Below, in pieces: positions 1 through 9,128 of a DNA stretch of 64,000 nucleotides (the stretch's first letter is position 1; every line of letters starts with the position of its first letter). The notes under the pieces were generated by a model. It ran no database searches, was not told the DNA's origin, and saw nothing but the letters and a program-made list of their open reading frames with translations. Origin of the DNA: a virus; the IMG/VR virus record IMGVR_UViG_3300046777_000988, positions 3,869 through 67,868 of that record; one strand, given 5' to 3'. The position numbers and the translations under genes are program-made.

Positions 1-720
1 GTGATGCCAACGACCGTATTTTTTTGTTACTTTAACGCAGTCAGGGTGCTGTTCAGCAAGAGATTCAGCAAATGATAGTCGATTTGTTCCATCGTTATAA
101 ACAGTATCTGTATTTCCTCCCTTCATCTTCATTGTTTGCGTTTTTTGTTGAGTGAAAGCTAAAAATAAAACTGTTGCATATCCCTCTTTAAGAATGCGAA
201 TAGACAAGTCTGTATCTTCATTGTATTTACCGCGCCACCTAAATGGCAGATCATTCTTAATAAGAATCGTGCTGTATATTCGTGTGTTCAATCTAAATGC
301 TGGCCAATTACATTTAGATTTACAAAAAAAATCATATTCTGGACCAGCAAGAGCAATGTTTTCATATCTATCTACAAAATCTTCCATTGCATAAAAATAA
401 GCAGGAGAATTACATCTGTGCTGATAGTTATTATTCATTCTATTAAACTGCTCAATATTATCGTCTAATATCCAATGCCTTTTATACCCAAGAGATATGC
501 TATGTTCCCAAACAAAGTTTCTTGCTGGTATTGATCCAAGTCCTAAATCATTAAAAGGTAGTGTTATAATTTTACTTTCATCAACAACTTTTTTATATTG
601 GTCAAATTCATTAGGCTCAATAACAAGATTAAAGTTGCATCCCATATTTGTTAATGCTTTAGTTGTTAATATACAATCATATCTACCTTTGCTTATTACA
701 TAGATTGGATATTTAAACAT
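1..720 (-). CDS. TET-associated/GREB1-like glycosyltransferase (GT-A fold), 3' end outside window
   Basis: Not in the ORF track. Manual translation is open for 240 codons: MFKYPIYVISKGR...GSIPARNFVW...HWILDDNI...NTRIYS...WRGKYNEDTDLS...GGNT...GRWHH, motifs typical of phage TAGT/GREB1-like proteins. Confidence 0.8.
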   Translation of the reverse strand, partial: MFKYPIYVISKGRYDCILTTKALTNMGCNFNLVIEPNEFDQYKKVVDESKIITLPFNDLGLGSIPARNFVWEHSISLGYKRHWILDDNIEQFNRMNNNYQHRCNSPAYFYAMEDFVDRYENIALAGPEYDFFCKSKCNWPAFRLNTRIYSTILIKNDLPFRWRGKYNEDTDLSIRILKEGYATVLFLAFTQQKTQTMKMKGGNTDTVYNDGTNRLSFAESLAEQHPDCVKVTKKYGRWHH

Positions 721-958
721 AATGATGACTAGATGCTATTCTATGCGGCATTTCTGGATACCAGATAGAGGGTTGTTTAGGGCCAATTCGTTGGTTTATT
801 AGTTCAGCAAACCGCTTAAAATCATCATCATTTCTAAAATGAACTATAATTTTTCTATTAGATGTCAAGTCGTCCATCGAAAATTCTGGCATCCCATTCC
901 ACTCCAACTGCCAGTCTGTTTGAACTTCAAATAAATTTAGTTGATCTTTATTTTTCAT
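713..958 (-). CDS. small partner protein of the TAGT/GREB1-like gene
   Basis: EWNGMPEF...IIVHF...F..FAELI.Q....SIWYP motif; overlaps the GT start codon. Confidence 0.75.
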   Translation of the reverse strand: MKNKDQLNLFEVQTDWQLEWNGMPEFSMDDLTSNRKIIVHFRNDDDFKRFAELINQRIGPKQPSIWYPEMPHRIASSHHYV

Positions 959-1006
959 TAGAAATATTGTTTGTCGGCATCATTTTTCTTGTATTGTTTT
1001 CATGGT

Positions 1007-2275
1007 TTATTGTTCAACAATTCTCTGCTCAAATCTCGCTTGATGCTTGATAAACTTCATCGGTATGGAAATCGCGGCGCCATGCCTGTTATGCGTAATC
1101 TGCATCAAGTAGTCTTCTGGATTCTTCGATTCTTCGTCTTGAATGATTCGCGTGAAGGAATCGCAGTCCATGTAGAATGTTCTCGATTCACGGACGGCTC
1201 CCTGCTCGTTTAGCTGTGCTAGAAGGACAATGCAGACATTCAGTTCCTTTGCGACGATCTTTGCAGTTCTGGATACCTCTGCTACCTCACGCTCGCGGTT
1301 CTTGGGATCGCTGCCTTCCATTAGCTGGGCATAGTCAACCATGATGATCTCAACCTTATGCTCGGCGACCAGCCTCCTGCACCTAGCACGGAATTGGTTC
1401 ACATTCATGCAAGCCTCGTCAACGATATGGATCGGCCTATTCATCGTCTCAGCGATAGCCTTCTGAAGCCTGAAGTGATCCTCTTTGCGTAGCTTGCCGT
1501 CCAGCAAGTCTGAGAGGGCGATGTTTGAGATGCAGGCGATATGCTTGTCCATGATTTCCTCGGCGGACATCTCCATCGAAATGATAGCAATTGGAACATT
1601 GCTCTGGATCGTAGGATTCGTCACCATCTGTAACGCAGAGGTTGTCTTGCCTGCCTTCGCAGCACCAGCGATGACATGCAGCGTCTTGGGCCTAAAAGCC
1701 CGTGTAGCCTTGTCCCACTTGGATATGCCTGATGGATGCCCTCTGTTGATCTCTCCGTTCGTTCTAGCGGCATCCTCCCACCGATTCACGCAGGATGTGA
1801 GGACATCTTTAGCAACGCGAACATCGGTCTTTGTGGATACCATTCCGGTGATCTCTTTGCTAGCTGTTTCCTGTAGAGTTTCTGGATCAATCGTCCTGTC
1901 GAACGCATCCACAAAAATCTGCTTGCAGGTTAGAAGAATCCTTCTGCGGATCATCACATCTTCCATAGTCTGGAGATAGACATCCCAGTTGGCGGATGTG
2001 GGAACAACCGTGTATATCTCGGTGATACCTTGCTCTCCACCTGCCTCTTCCAGCAGACCCTTATTCCGCAACTCGCAGGTTAGCGTTAATAGGTCGATGG
2101 CTTTCTTGTCATACCACATATCCACAATCGTCTGCCAAATATGCTTGTTGGCGTCGAAGTGGAAGTGGTCCTTGTTCACACGATCAACTGTTTTAGAGAT
2201 GATCTTGTTGCTGTTCATTGCAGAGCAAAGGAATCCTTGCTCCGCATTTATATCATGCGGTAGTTCACGCTTCAT
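1007..2275 (-). CDS. dnaB: replicative DNA helicase, DnaB family
   Basis: LPHDINAEQ N-terminus, Walker A AGAAKAGKT, ISMEM, MVDYAQL, LAQLN, RES and NRHG motifs. Confidence 0.95.
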   Translation of the reverse strand: MKRELPHDINAEQGFLCSAMNSNKIISKTVDRVNKDHFHFDANKHIWQTIVDMWYDKKAIDLLTLTCELRNKGLLEEAGGEQGITEIYTVVPTSANWDVYLQTMEDVMIRRRILLTCKQIFVDAFDRTIDPETLQETASKEITGMVSTKTDVRVAKDVLTSCVNRWEDAARTNGEINRGHPSGISKWDKATRAFRPKTLHVIAGAAKAGKTTSALQMVTNPTIQSNVPIAIISMEMSAEEIMDKHIACISNIALSDLLDGKLRKEDHFRLQKAIAETMNRPIHIVDEACMNVNQFRARCRRLVAEHKVEIIMVDYAQLMEGSDPKNREREVAEVSRTAKIVAKELNVCIVLLAQLNEQGAVRESRTFYMDCDSFTRIIQDEESKNPEDYLMQITHNRHGAAISIPMKFIKHQARFEQRIVEQ

Positions 2276-2286
2276 AGGCAGCGTCG

Positions 2287-2314
2287 ATTTTATGCAGGAA
2301 CGCTAGCCCGTCAA
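2287..2314 (-). promoter_or_regulatory. sigma70-type promoter of dnaB
   Basis: TTGACG-N16-TAAAAT, ending 11 nt before the ATG. Confidence 0.6.
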
Positions 2315-2316
2315 TA

Positions 2317-2562
2317 CTATTTTCGCATTCCAAAAAGATTTAGTAGTTCATCTATTGAACTAGAACCGCTGGGCGGTGGAATGTAATCGTCTTCCTCGAC
2401 ATCCGGCTCTTGATTGAAGCCCTGTTTGTAGCCCTCGTCGTATGTAGTGTTGAAGAACTTCCTGAACCCTGAAGCGGTAAGCGTCACCTTGCCGTTTTCC
2501 AGTTGCTCCCGTAGCGCAGGGTTCTTGGACAGGTAGTAAGCAAATAATTTGTCTTTACACAT
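2317..2562 (-). CDS. hypothetical protein
   Basis: 81-aa ORF filling the gap in the minus-strand run. Confidence 0.65.
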   Translation of the reverse strand: MCKDKLFAYYLSKNPALREQLENGKVTLTASGFRKFFNTTYDEGYKQGFNQEPDVEEDDYIPPPSGSSSIDELLNLFGMRK

Positions 2563-2614
2563 TTAATTTAGTGTATAAATATATTAACGAATATTCAACC
2601 AAACAATTTCATTT

Positions 2615-2875
2615 ATGAATAGCTTAAAAGAACAGTATAAAAATATGCTTAGAGGCAACATGGAAGCTGCAAAAGCCAAGAGTGAGGGCGCTGAAGAATA
2701 TGCTACAGAGCTATTTTTCAAACAAAATCCTATGGGAAATAAAGAAGATTTTATAAAAACATATCGGAGAAAACTAAATGAACCAATAAAAGCTCCTGAC
2801 GCTAATAGCGCGGAAGTTAAATTCGGATCGAATCCAAAGAATACTGATTATAGAGGATTCCGCCGACCCTATTAA
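2615..2875 (+). CDS. hypothetical protein
   Basis: 86-aa ORF with AT-rich initiation region. Confidence 0.65.
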   Translation: MNSLKEQYKNMLRGNMEAAKAKSEGAEEYATELFFKQNPMGNKEDFIKTYRRKLNEPIKAPDANSAEVKFGSNPKNTDYRGFRRPY

Positions 2876-2923
2876 CCTGTATTTTGCTATTTTATTTTTC
2901 ATCAAAACATTCTGTAATAGAAT

Positions 2924-3076
2924 ATGAAAAAATACAACTCCCTCAAAGCGTTCTACGATCAGCCGAAAGACGGAAAGAAGATCACGAAAGAGCAGCAGAA
3001 GGCTCGCAAGGGTTTTACGAAGAACCGAGAGACTGGCAAGGTAAAGGCAAAGCAACTCGGCAAACTAAATTACTGA
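2924..3076 (+). CDS. small basic protein (50 aa)
   Basis: Manual translation MKKYNSLKAFYDQPKDGKKITKEQQKARKGFTKNRETGKVKAKQLGKLNY; stop is 1 nt before the next ATG. Confidence 0.6.
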   Translation: MKKYNSLKAFYDQPKDGKKITKEQQKARKGFTKNRETGKVKAKQLGKLNY

Positions 3077-3077
3077 T

Positions 3078-3455
3078 ATGGCTAAATACGGAAACTACGG
3101 CTGGAGTCCTCGTCAGATGGAGCGCATTAACGAACGCCGCGCCAAAAGAGGTCAGGAAGAATTGCGTAATCGCCGTTACGAAGATGAGCCAGAGGAAGAG
3201 CGTCAGCGTCCTTCTGTGCGTCCAACACCAAGTCCAGCTACAAGCCCCTCTCCCAGTCCTGCACCTAGTCCTGCACCTACTCCAGTAGAATACTCGGAAG
3301 AGAGTCCTTCAATGGCGGCAGAGGCTTTTCAGAGAACTGGTGAATTTAGGAAGAAGTTTAAGCCAGCGGGTTCCATGGCTGCTCAGTATGGATACAAGAG
3401 CAGTTTTCCTGTTAAGAAAGATTCATCTATTAATAGCGCCTACAAGCGTCTATAA
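3078..3455 (+). CDS. hypothetical protein with Pro/Ser-rich linker
   Basis: 125-aa ORF with PSPAPSPAP repeats. Confidence 0.7.
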   Translation: MAKYGNYGWSPRQMERINERRAKRGQEELRNRRYEDEPEEERQRPSVRPTPSPATSPSPSPAPSPAPTPVEYSEESPSMAAEAFQRTGEFRKKFKPAGSMAAQYGYKSSFPVKKDSSINSAYKRL

Positions 3456-3839
3456 TTTAATCAGGTTTATCCCAAACCTCTCAGCTATCTCAATCGCAGT
3501 ATCGTCGTGAGCATAATGTTCCCGATACACAACTTCAGTTATACCGTAGGCTGAAATCATTCTTAGGCAGTTCCCGCAGGGGAGCAATGTGCAAGCAAGC
3601 AGTCTGCATTCGTTTGGTCTGACATACCGAAGCGCATTCTGTTCTGCGTGGATAACGAACTTCCTGCGTTCTTCTCGGTCTGACCAGTATTCGTCAACAT
3701 TAGGAGGAAAGCCGTTGTAGCCTACCGAGGCAACCGAGTTGTCGTGTCGCAGCAATACGCAGCCAACCTTCTTCCACGGGTCTTTAGACTTACGCGCTAC
3801 TACTTCAGCGATGCTTAACGCATATTCGTTCCAGTTCAT
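3450..3839 (-). CDS. dCMP deaminase
   Basis: SKDP, VGYNG, HAEQNAL and PCGNC zinc-deaminase motifs. Confidence 0.95.
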   Translation of the reverse strand: MNWNEYALSIAEVVARKSKDPWKKVGCVLLRHDNSVASVGYNGFPPNVDEYWSDREERRKFVIHAEQNALRYVRPNECRLLACTLLPCGNCLRMISAYGITEVVYREHYAHDDTAIEIAERFGINLIKL

Positions 3840-3842
3840 ATT

Positions 3843-4544
3843 TCAAAAAGGACAAAGTTCAGGATCAATTTGAGGTTCTCTTAATCCAAGTTTTATTTTC
3901 AGTTTTAGTAATTTCTCTTTCTCCTTCTTGCTTTTCTTTGGAGTTTGATTTTTGGGCTTCTTGTATTTCCATCCGTCAGGAGTCGGTTTTGTTTTTGCAA
4001 TCCATTTCAATTTACGAATTTGCTCTACGGTAGCCATCAAGTTTGGAGGTATAGAACAAAACACGCTTTGAGTTATCTTTAGAACTCCACAAGCCATATT
4101 GATGCCGTGCATTGTATTATTTCTTACAATATCACTTATTAACATCATTGAAACTAATTGCTTCTGCTTAAGTCCTTTAATTTTTCCACTGATCTTTTTA
4201 GCATCCAAATTCAGCACATCTTCCTTTCGGTGCGGAAACCAGAGGAATCCATGCTTTATTGCTGCGTGAATTAAATTATGACAAGGACGACAAAGGAGCA
4301 TTAGTCTTTGCTTTTGCTCAAACTCATTAAGGTTAAATAGATATTTTGTGTGATGAACATCATTGCCGGGTTTCCTGCATTTCTCACAAAGTCCGTCTTT
4401 GTTTTTCAAGAACGATTGTCGAAGTATTTTCCATTCCTGTGACTTCAGGTATTCATTCCTATACTCGTTTCGAGTCATCTTGAATTGCGGAATGTTCTTT
4501 ATTCTTCTATATGCTTTCTTTCCGATCTTGTTGGTATATCCCAT
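3843..4544 (-). CDS. HNH endonuclease
   Basis: YLKSQEWK, CEKC, VHHTKY, LLCRPCHNLIH; AT-rich. Confidence 0.8.
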   Translation of the reverse strand: MGYTNKIGKKAYRRIKNIPQFKMTRNEYRNEYLKSQEWKILRQSFLKNKDGLCEKCRKPGNDVHHTKYLFNLNEFEQKQRLMLLCRPCHNLIHAAIKHGFLWFPHRKEDVLNLDAKKISGKIKGLKQKQLVSMMLISDIVRNNTMHGINMACGVLKITQSVFCSIPPNLMATVEQIRKLKWIAKTKPTPDGWKYKKPKNQTPKKSKKEKEKLLKLKIKLGLREPQIDPELCPF

Positions 4545-4577
4545 AAAAATCCTTTCTAAATAAAAAACACAATTTGT

Positions 4578-4693
4578 GGTTCTTTATTACGGTTCTTTAT
4601 TACGGTTCATATTAGATGGGGTGAACGGGTTCACCCCTACCTACCAGTGAACGCATTCACCCCTACCATACCGTGAACGGGTTCACCCCTACC
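4578..4693. repeat. iteron-like repeats: 3 x 26-bp GTGAAC..TTCACCCCTACC plus 2 x 13-bp GGTTCTTTATTAC
   Basis: Copies start at 4621, 4647 and 4673, each with an internal palindrome GTGAAC-N2-GTTCAC; 13-mers lie at about 4578-4603. Confidence 0.85.
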
Positions 4694-5031
4694 CCATCAT
4701 GCTTCTTGCTTTTAGGTATGACGGAATACAGGATTTTTTTACTCAATTTATCAGCCCCAAGTTGCTCTATATTTATATTGTAGATGTTTGAAGTTCGCCT
4801 TCCCTTGCGATCAAATCTTTCTTCAATTTCAATTAGGCCGATAGCCTCAAAGGCATGAAGATATTTCTTTGCTGTCTGTTCAGATACTTTGGACATCTTG
4901 GCTATCCTTTTTATCGAAGGCCAACAAGCCCCGTCGTCGCTGGCGCAATCAGCTAACGCAATCAACACTAATCTAGCATTACCGCTAGTTTCGCTTTTCT
5001 CGAAAACTTCCGAGAGGATTCTTACACTCAT
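4663..5031 (-). CDS. winged-HTH protein resembling a phage replication-initiator N-terminus (short form)
   Basis: MSVRILSEVF...RLVLIALADCASDDGACWPSIKRIA...GLI...RTSNIY. ATG at 5031 preferred over the track start. Confidence 0.8.
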   Translation of the reverse strand: MSVRILSEVFEKSETSGNARLVLIALADCASDDGACWPSIKRIAKMSKVSEQTAKKYLHAFEAIGLIEIEERFDRKGRRTSNIYNINIEQLGADKLSKKILYSVIPKSKKHDGVGVNPFTVW

Positions 5032-5032
5032 A

Positions 5033-5185
5033 ACAATAAATAAACCCCTCTGTTGGCGCATCTGGAGGTATAGAGAGTTTGAGCAAACAACGAGTGTTGC
5101 TCCAGAATACGCCAAAAGAAGGGTCTTGTTTATTATTCATTGTTGTTTGCTTTTATTTAACTCAAGGCTCTCTAGTTCCTCGATA
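5033..5185 (-). ncRNA. structured leader RNA, c4/CI-like architecture
   Basis: Long imperfect stem (about 5033-5135) whose loop is complementary to upstream TAGAGAG and GCAAACAAC. Confidence 0.5.
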
Positions 5186-5190
5186 GGTCA

Positions 5191-5218
5191 ACAATATGCT
5201 ACAGCATTCATATGTCAA
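5191..5218 (-). promoter_or_regulatory. sigma70-type promoter
   Basis: TTGACA-N16-TATTGT. Confidence 0.6.
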
Positions 5219-5232
5219 GCCTGTATAAAATC

Positions 5233-5268
5233 AAAAACCCGTCTCAATAGGTTAGTATCAAGACGGGC
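5233..5268 (-). terminator. intrinsic terminator
   Basis: CCCGTCT...AGACGGG stem followed by TTTTT on the minus strand. Confidence 0.5.
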
Positions 5269-5294
5269 ATTTCGGGCGGGTGAAAGATGAAAAT

Positions 5295-5322
5295 ACAATA
5301 CACTATTTTCAACAAGCGTCAA
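5295..5322 (-). promoter_or_regulatory. sigma70-type promoter
   Basis: TTGACG-N16-TATTGT. Confidence 0.5.
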
Positions 5323-5379
5323 GTGGTTTGAAAGAAAAACTACCTTGAATTTCCGTCAGTATTGTTCAACAATAACTAG

Positions 5380-6246
5380 GTGAACGCATTTCATTCCGGT
5401 TGCATCGGAGATATTATCTACTCCATTCCGACGATGAAGGCATTAGGTGTAACGAACCTTTATGTCGATGATCGTCCGTGGACAAAGCCAATCGTGCATC
5501 GTATCGACGCATTCAAGAGACTGATCGAATCGCAGGGCATCGAGGTCAAGAAGCATGAAGGAGAAAATATCGACTTCGATCTTTCCACCTACCGCAACGG
5601 AGGAATGATCTACGGGGATACTATCGCCAACCGAGTAGCAAGATGGATGGGAGTTAAGATCGACTTGTCCAAGCCGTGGATGCAGATTGACGAGAAGAAT
5701 CCTGCAACGAAAGGTAAGATCATCGTAAGCCGTGGAGCTAGGTGGCACGGAGAGTTCTTTCCGTGGAACAGGCTAACTAGTGAGCTAGGTCACAAGATGG
5801 TATTTGTTGGGCTACCGGAAGAGCATCAAGACTTCTGTTCGCTATTCGGGAATATCGAATACTTGCCCACAATCGACCTGTATGATGTCGCAACAGCTAT
5901 TGCGGGTGCTGACCTATTCATCGGCAATCAAAGCTCGCCTAACTCCATTGCAAACGGAATACACGCCCCAAGCATAGTAGAAACATGCCTATATGCGTTT
6001 GATTGCATATATGAACGGGGCAACACTACCTACTGCCACGATGGTATCTTGAAGGTTCGATTTGACGGAATGACGGTTATTTCGGAAAATCCTTCGCCAA
6101 AACACGGGTGGAAAATCGACATCTTCGGAAGAACGCTAAAGGCTGGCGACAGGCATATCTGCATCGCACTCGCTAGAGCTGATTGCTTTTTGCGAAAGAT
6201 TTACTACAATGTTGACCAACTGACAGAACTTGCGGAGAAATACTAA
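5380..6246 (+). CDS. glycosyltransferase, GT9 (heptosyltransferase)-like, GT-B fold
   Basis: HSGCIGDIIYSIP at the N-terminus and DLYDVATAIAGADLFIGNQSSP, matching GT9 signature motifs. Confidence 0.75.
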   Translation: MNAFHSGCIGDIIYSIPTMKALGVTNLYVDDRPWTKPIVHRIDAFKRLIESQGIEVKKHEGENIDFDLSTYRNGGMIYGDTIANRVARWMGVKIDLSKPWMQIDEKNPATKGKIIVSRGARWHGEFFPWNRLTSELGHKMVFVGLPEEHQDFCSLFGNIEYLPTIDLYDVATAIAGADLFIGNQSSPNSIANGIHAPSIVETCLYAFDCIYERGNTTYCHDGILKVRFDGMTVISENPSPKHGWKIDIFGRTLKAGDRHICIALARADCFLRKIYYNVDQLTELAEKY

Positions 6247-6753
6247 ATGGCTAATATTGCGTTACAGGATGGGAAGGTTGTATTGAAGGATGGGAAGGTG
6301 AGCTGTAGTTGTTGCGCCACGCCCTGCAATTTATGTGAGAGTGTTTTAGTTACCTCGCCGCTGTTGCAGACAATTCAAGATTCTACATCTGTATCTGTAA
6401 CTTATGATTTTCCTGCATTTGAAATTTTCCCGCAAGTTTCTGGAACTGAGACTTTGCCGTGGGATGGAGTTTCGGCTTACAAAGATATACAATATGATGG
6501 GTTTATTCGTTTAGAAATTGTAGGAAATTGTTTTAGAATTTTTATCGTAGAAGTAAGCGGATCAAATCGAGCGGTTAATTTTTATACAACAGGTCAAGAT
6601 TGCGGTTTCCCCACTGATCCATTTTCTGTTCATCAATTTTTCACGATACCTGTAAATGGAACTAATATCGACGCTTTTCAGTATGCAATAGAATTTAGTT
6701 CTTATCCTCCAGGGTTTTATCCAGCGCCAACTATAAGCATTTCATTTTCGTGA
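6247..6753 (+). CDS. putative virion/tail protein with N-terminal CSCC motif
   Basis: DGKVSCSCCATPCNLC followed by an AT-rich variable region. Confidence 0.6.
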   Translation: MANIALQDGKVVLKDGKVSCSCCATPCNLCESVLVTSPLLQTIQDSTSVSVTYDFPAFEIFPQVSGTETLPWDGVSAYKDIQYDGFIRLEIVGNCFRIFIVEVSGSNRAVNFYTTGQDCGFPTDPFSVHQFFTIPVNGTNIDAFQYAIEFSSYPPGFYPAPTISISFS

Positions 6754-7022
6754 CGGAAAATAATTATACCCGTTTACTTGCCCGCTTCGGCAACGCCGCA
6801 CACCGCTTCGCCAACTCTGGCTTCAGCACCGCCCCGTTGGAAATCCTCACTGACCGCGAAGCCGCGTGCCGCGCCTGCCCCGAATGGGACGCCGCTGCTC
6901 TAAATAACACTGGTAGATGCAAGAAATGCGGATGCAGCACTTGGGCTAAATTACGCATGGCAACAGAAAGATGCCCTCTCGGAAAGTGGGAAGCTGTGAG
7001 CGTGGAAGATAGCAAGCAGTAG
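6750..7022 (+). CDS. Cys-rich small protein (DUF6171-like)
   Basis: R...CRACPEW...RCKKCGC...K......CPLGKW. Confidence 0.7.
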   Translation: MTENNYTRLLARFGNAAHRFANSGFSTAPLEILTDREAACRACPEWDAAALNNTGRCKKCGCSTWAKLRMATERCPLGKWEAVSVEDSKQ

Positions 7023-7067
7023 ATTATTGTTGAACAACACTATTGATAATAATATAGTTCCCGATTT

Positions 7068-9128
7068 ATGCAGCCGATCAAGACAACAAACGCCATGAAC
7101 CCCGCGCCAGCAAAGGGGATCGAATCATTTCCAACTCCGGTAATAGACGATGTTGTTATCTCGGAGATCGTCAATTCGTGGAAGGGAGACTACCAGCCGC
7201 TGGAATACGGAACGCTTTGGAAGGATGTTTCTCACGCCCCGAACCAAGGCAGCTTCCCAGAGCATAAGCTAGTTTACCAGCAGCCAACTAGCGAAGATGG
7301 GAAGTGGGTAAAACGCATCTGGGTTAATGATCGCGTCAATCAAGACAGCTACAACTACGCAATCAAGTATAGCGCAGGATCGCAGGATCACCCGATCTAC
7401 ATTAGGACATATATTGTTCCGAGGGAGACATACGCCCCGCTGCTAGACGGAACACCTGATCCGCTATTCCCCGGCGCATTGCTGGTTGACGAGGAAGCTG
7501 TAAGGAATGAGGGCGAGTTAGATTCTAAATACATTACAGTAACGCGAGTTTATGAGACGCTGCCGGGTCCGCAAGTTCCAACGAAACGCTACAACGAGCG
7601 AGGCGACTTAGAGACTGTCATCGTTCAAACCGTTCCTCCATTCACGCCTCCTGATCCAGATGGGCTTCTCGTCACTGGATCGCAGGTAGTGCAGGAGGAG
7701 ATGGGTAAGGGCGTTAAGACGACATCTACTGTTCCACAGCATACCCCATTGGGTATTAGCGAGAAAAAGGCTGGATTGCTTGGTGAAACATTTACGACAG
7801 ATGAAATCGTTCCTCCCAATACGCCAGCAGACCCGCTTACACTACAAGTTGTTTCTTCTTCCGTAGAAAAATTATCAGCAACTAAAGCGAGAAAAAGAAC
7901 CACATCTGGAAGCCCAACTAATCTATCATCTGAATCATTAGTTGAATCACCGCTAGGACTTGTAAATGGGAAGCTGGATAATTCAATTGTAGCACCAAGC
8001 ACGGTTCCAAATGGATCATTAAATGTAGTAAAGGATTCAATATCTCCAATTGATTCAGCTAAATCAGAAAGACAAAAAGTTACAGTTTCAACTTGGCCTA
8101 AAAATGTAGGTGTAGATTCCGACGAGCAACTTGGATTTGGCGTGAGATATGAAGAAACAATTGTAAGTCCAGACCAATTTCTAAACGCACAATATTGGAA
8201 AAATTTAGATTACATTGATTACAAACCGATAGATCAATGGAAATCACTAAGGCGTGAAATTGATAGAGAAAAACTAGCAGAAGTTTTGTTGGCAAAATGG
8301 ATAAGAACTCCAGTTCAAGTTAATGTTACATTGCCAGACAAGCTGCTTGGAGTTAAGGTTTATTGGGGTCATAGTTACGGAGCAGGCAAATCGTTCGATC
8401 ACGGTTTTGCCGTTTCTTCCTCAAATTACAATTTAAGTTCTTCTGGAAGCTCAAAAAACTCTTATGGAGTAAACGGAGATATTTATTTCAATATTCAGCA
8501 AGGATACTCAGGGCCACTTAATGGCGAAAAGCATATATTCTTTATTGAGATAGGAAAAGATAATCGGGTTGAAGATCAAGAAATTGTTAAGACATTAAAC
8601 AATTTTCGAGAACACGGAAGCAGAACGCCACCCACCAGACCACCGCCACCGCCCGGTAATCCTTTTCCAATTTATGCAACAACTCCAGCTAATTACTACA
8701 AGCCTTGGCCGTATATTCAAACAAGAACAGAGAATCTAGTTGTTATTACTGGAGGAAAGTCTGAGACAATGAATAGCTCGCAAAGTCTATCCGCCAGCAT
8801 AAATGGTTCTAGTCGATCAAACGGTAGAGGAACATCAATTGATGTTGATGTTAATGCTAGGTCTGTAAATATTCCGCCAACACTTCACGGAAAAATAACA
8901 ATAGAAGAAGAAACATTTGGGACTACTGGTGGTCAAAGTTTGCTTCCAACATACGGAGTTAGACCAACAACGCTGGATGTAACAAAGGCAGTTCTTGACG
9001 GAAGGGAAGTAAGTATGCCGCAATTCCCTACCGGGAACTTTCTATATCAAGCCGATGTTGAATTATACAAATATGGCTTTGTAAAAGTAACAGCAATTAC
9101 AGTAACTGTTGATCCCAAATATGTATGA
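7068..9128 (+). CDS. putative virion structural (tail) protein
   Basis: 686 aa, beta-rich with internal repeats, in the structural module. Confidence 0.6.
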   Translation: MQPIKTTNAMNPAPAKGIESFPTPVIDDVVISEIVNSWKGDYQPLEYGTLWKDVSHAPNQGSFPEHKLVYQQPTSEDGKWVKRIWVNDRVNQDSYNYAIKYSAGSQDHPIYIRTYIVPRETYAPLLDGTPDPLFPGALLVDEEAVRNEGELDSKYITVTRVYETLPGPQVPTKRYNERGDLETVIVQTVPPFTPPDPDGLLVTGSQVVQEEMGKGVKTTSTVPQHTPLGISEKKAGLLGETFTTDEIVPPNTPADPLTLQVVSSSVEKLSATKARKRTTSGSPTNLSSESLVESPLGLVNGKLDNSIVAPSTVPNGSLNVVKDSISPIDSAKSERQKVTVSTWPKNVGVDSDEQLGFGVRYEETIVSPDQFLNAQYWKNLDYIDYKPIDQWKSLRREIDREKLAEVLLAKWIRTPVQVNVTLPDKLLGVKVYWGHSYGAGKSFDHGFAVSSSNYNLSSSGSSKNSYGVNGDIYFNIQQGYSGPLNGEKHIFFIEIGKDNRVEDQEIVKTLNNFREHGSRTPPTRPPPPPGNPFPIYATTPANYYKPWPYIQTRTENLVVITGGKSETMNSSQSLSASINGSSRSNGRGTSIDVDVNARSVNIPPTLHGKITIEEETFGTTGGQSLLPTYGVRPTTLDVTKAVLDGREVSMPQFPTGNFLYQADVELYKYGFVKVTAITVTVDPKYV

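Noticed and set aside
4578-4693. Mini-CRISPR array
   Set aside because: Palindromic units are separated by only about 5 nt, which fits iterons or operators.
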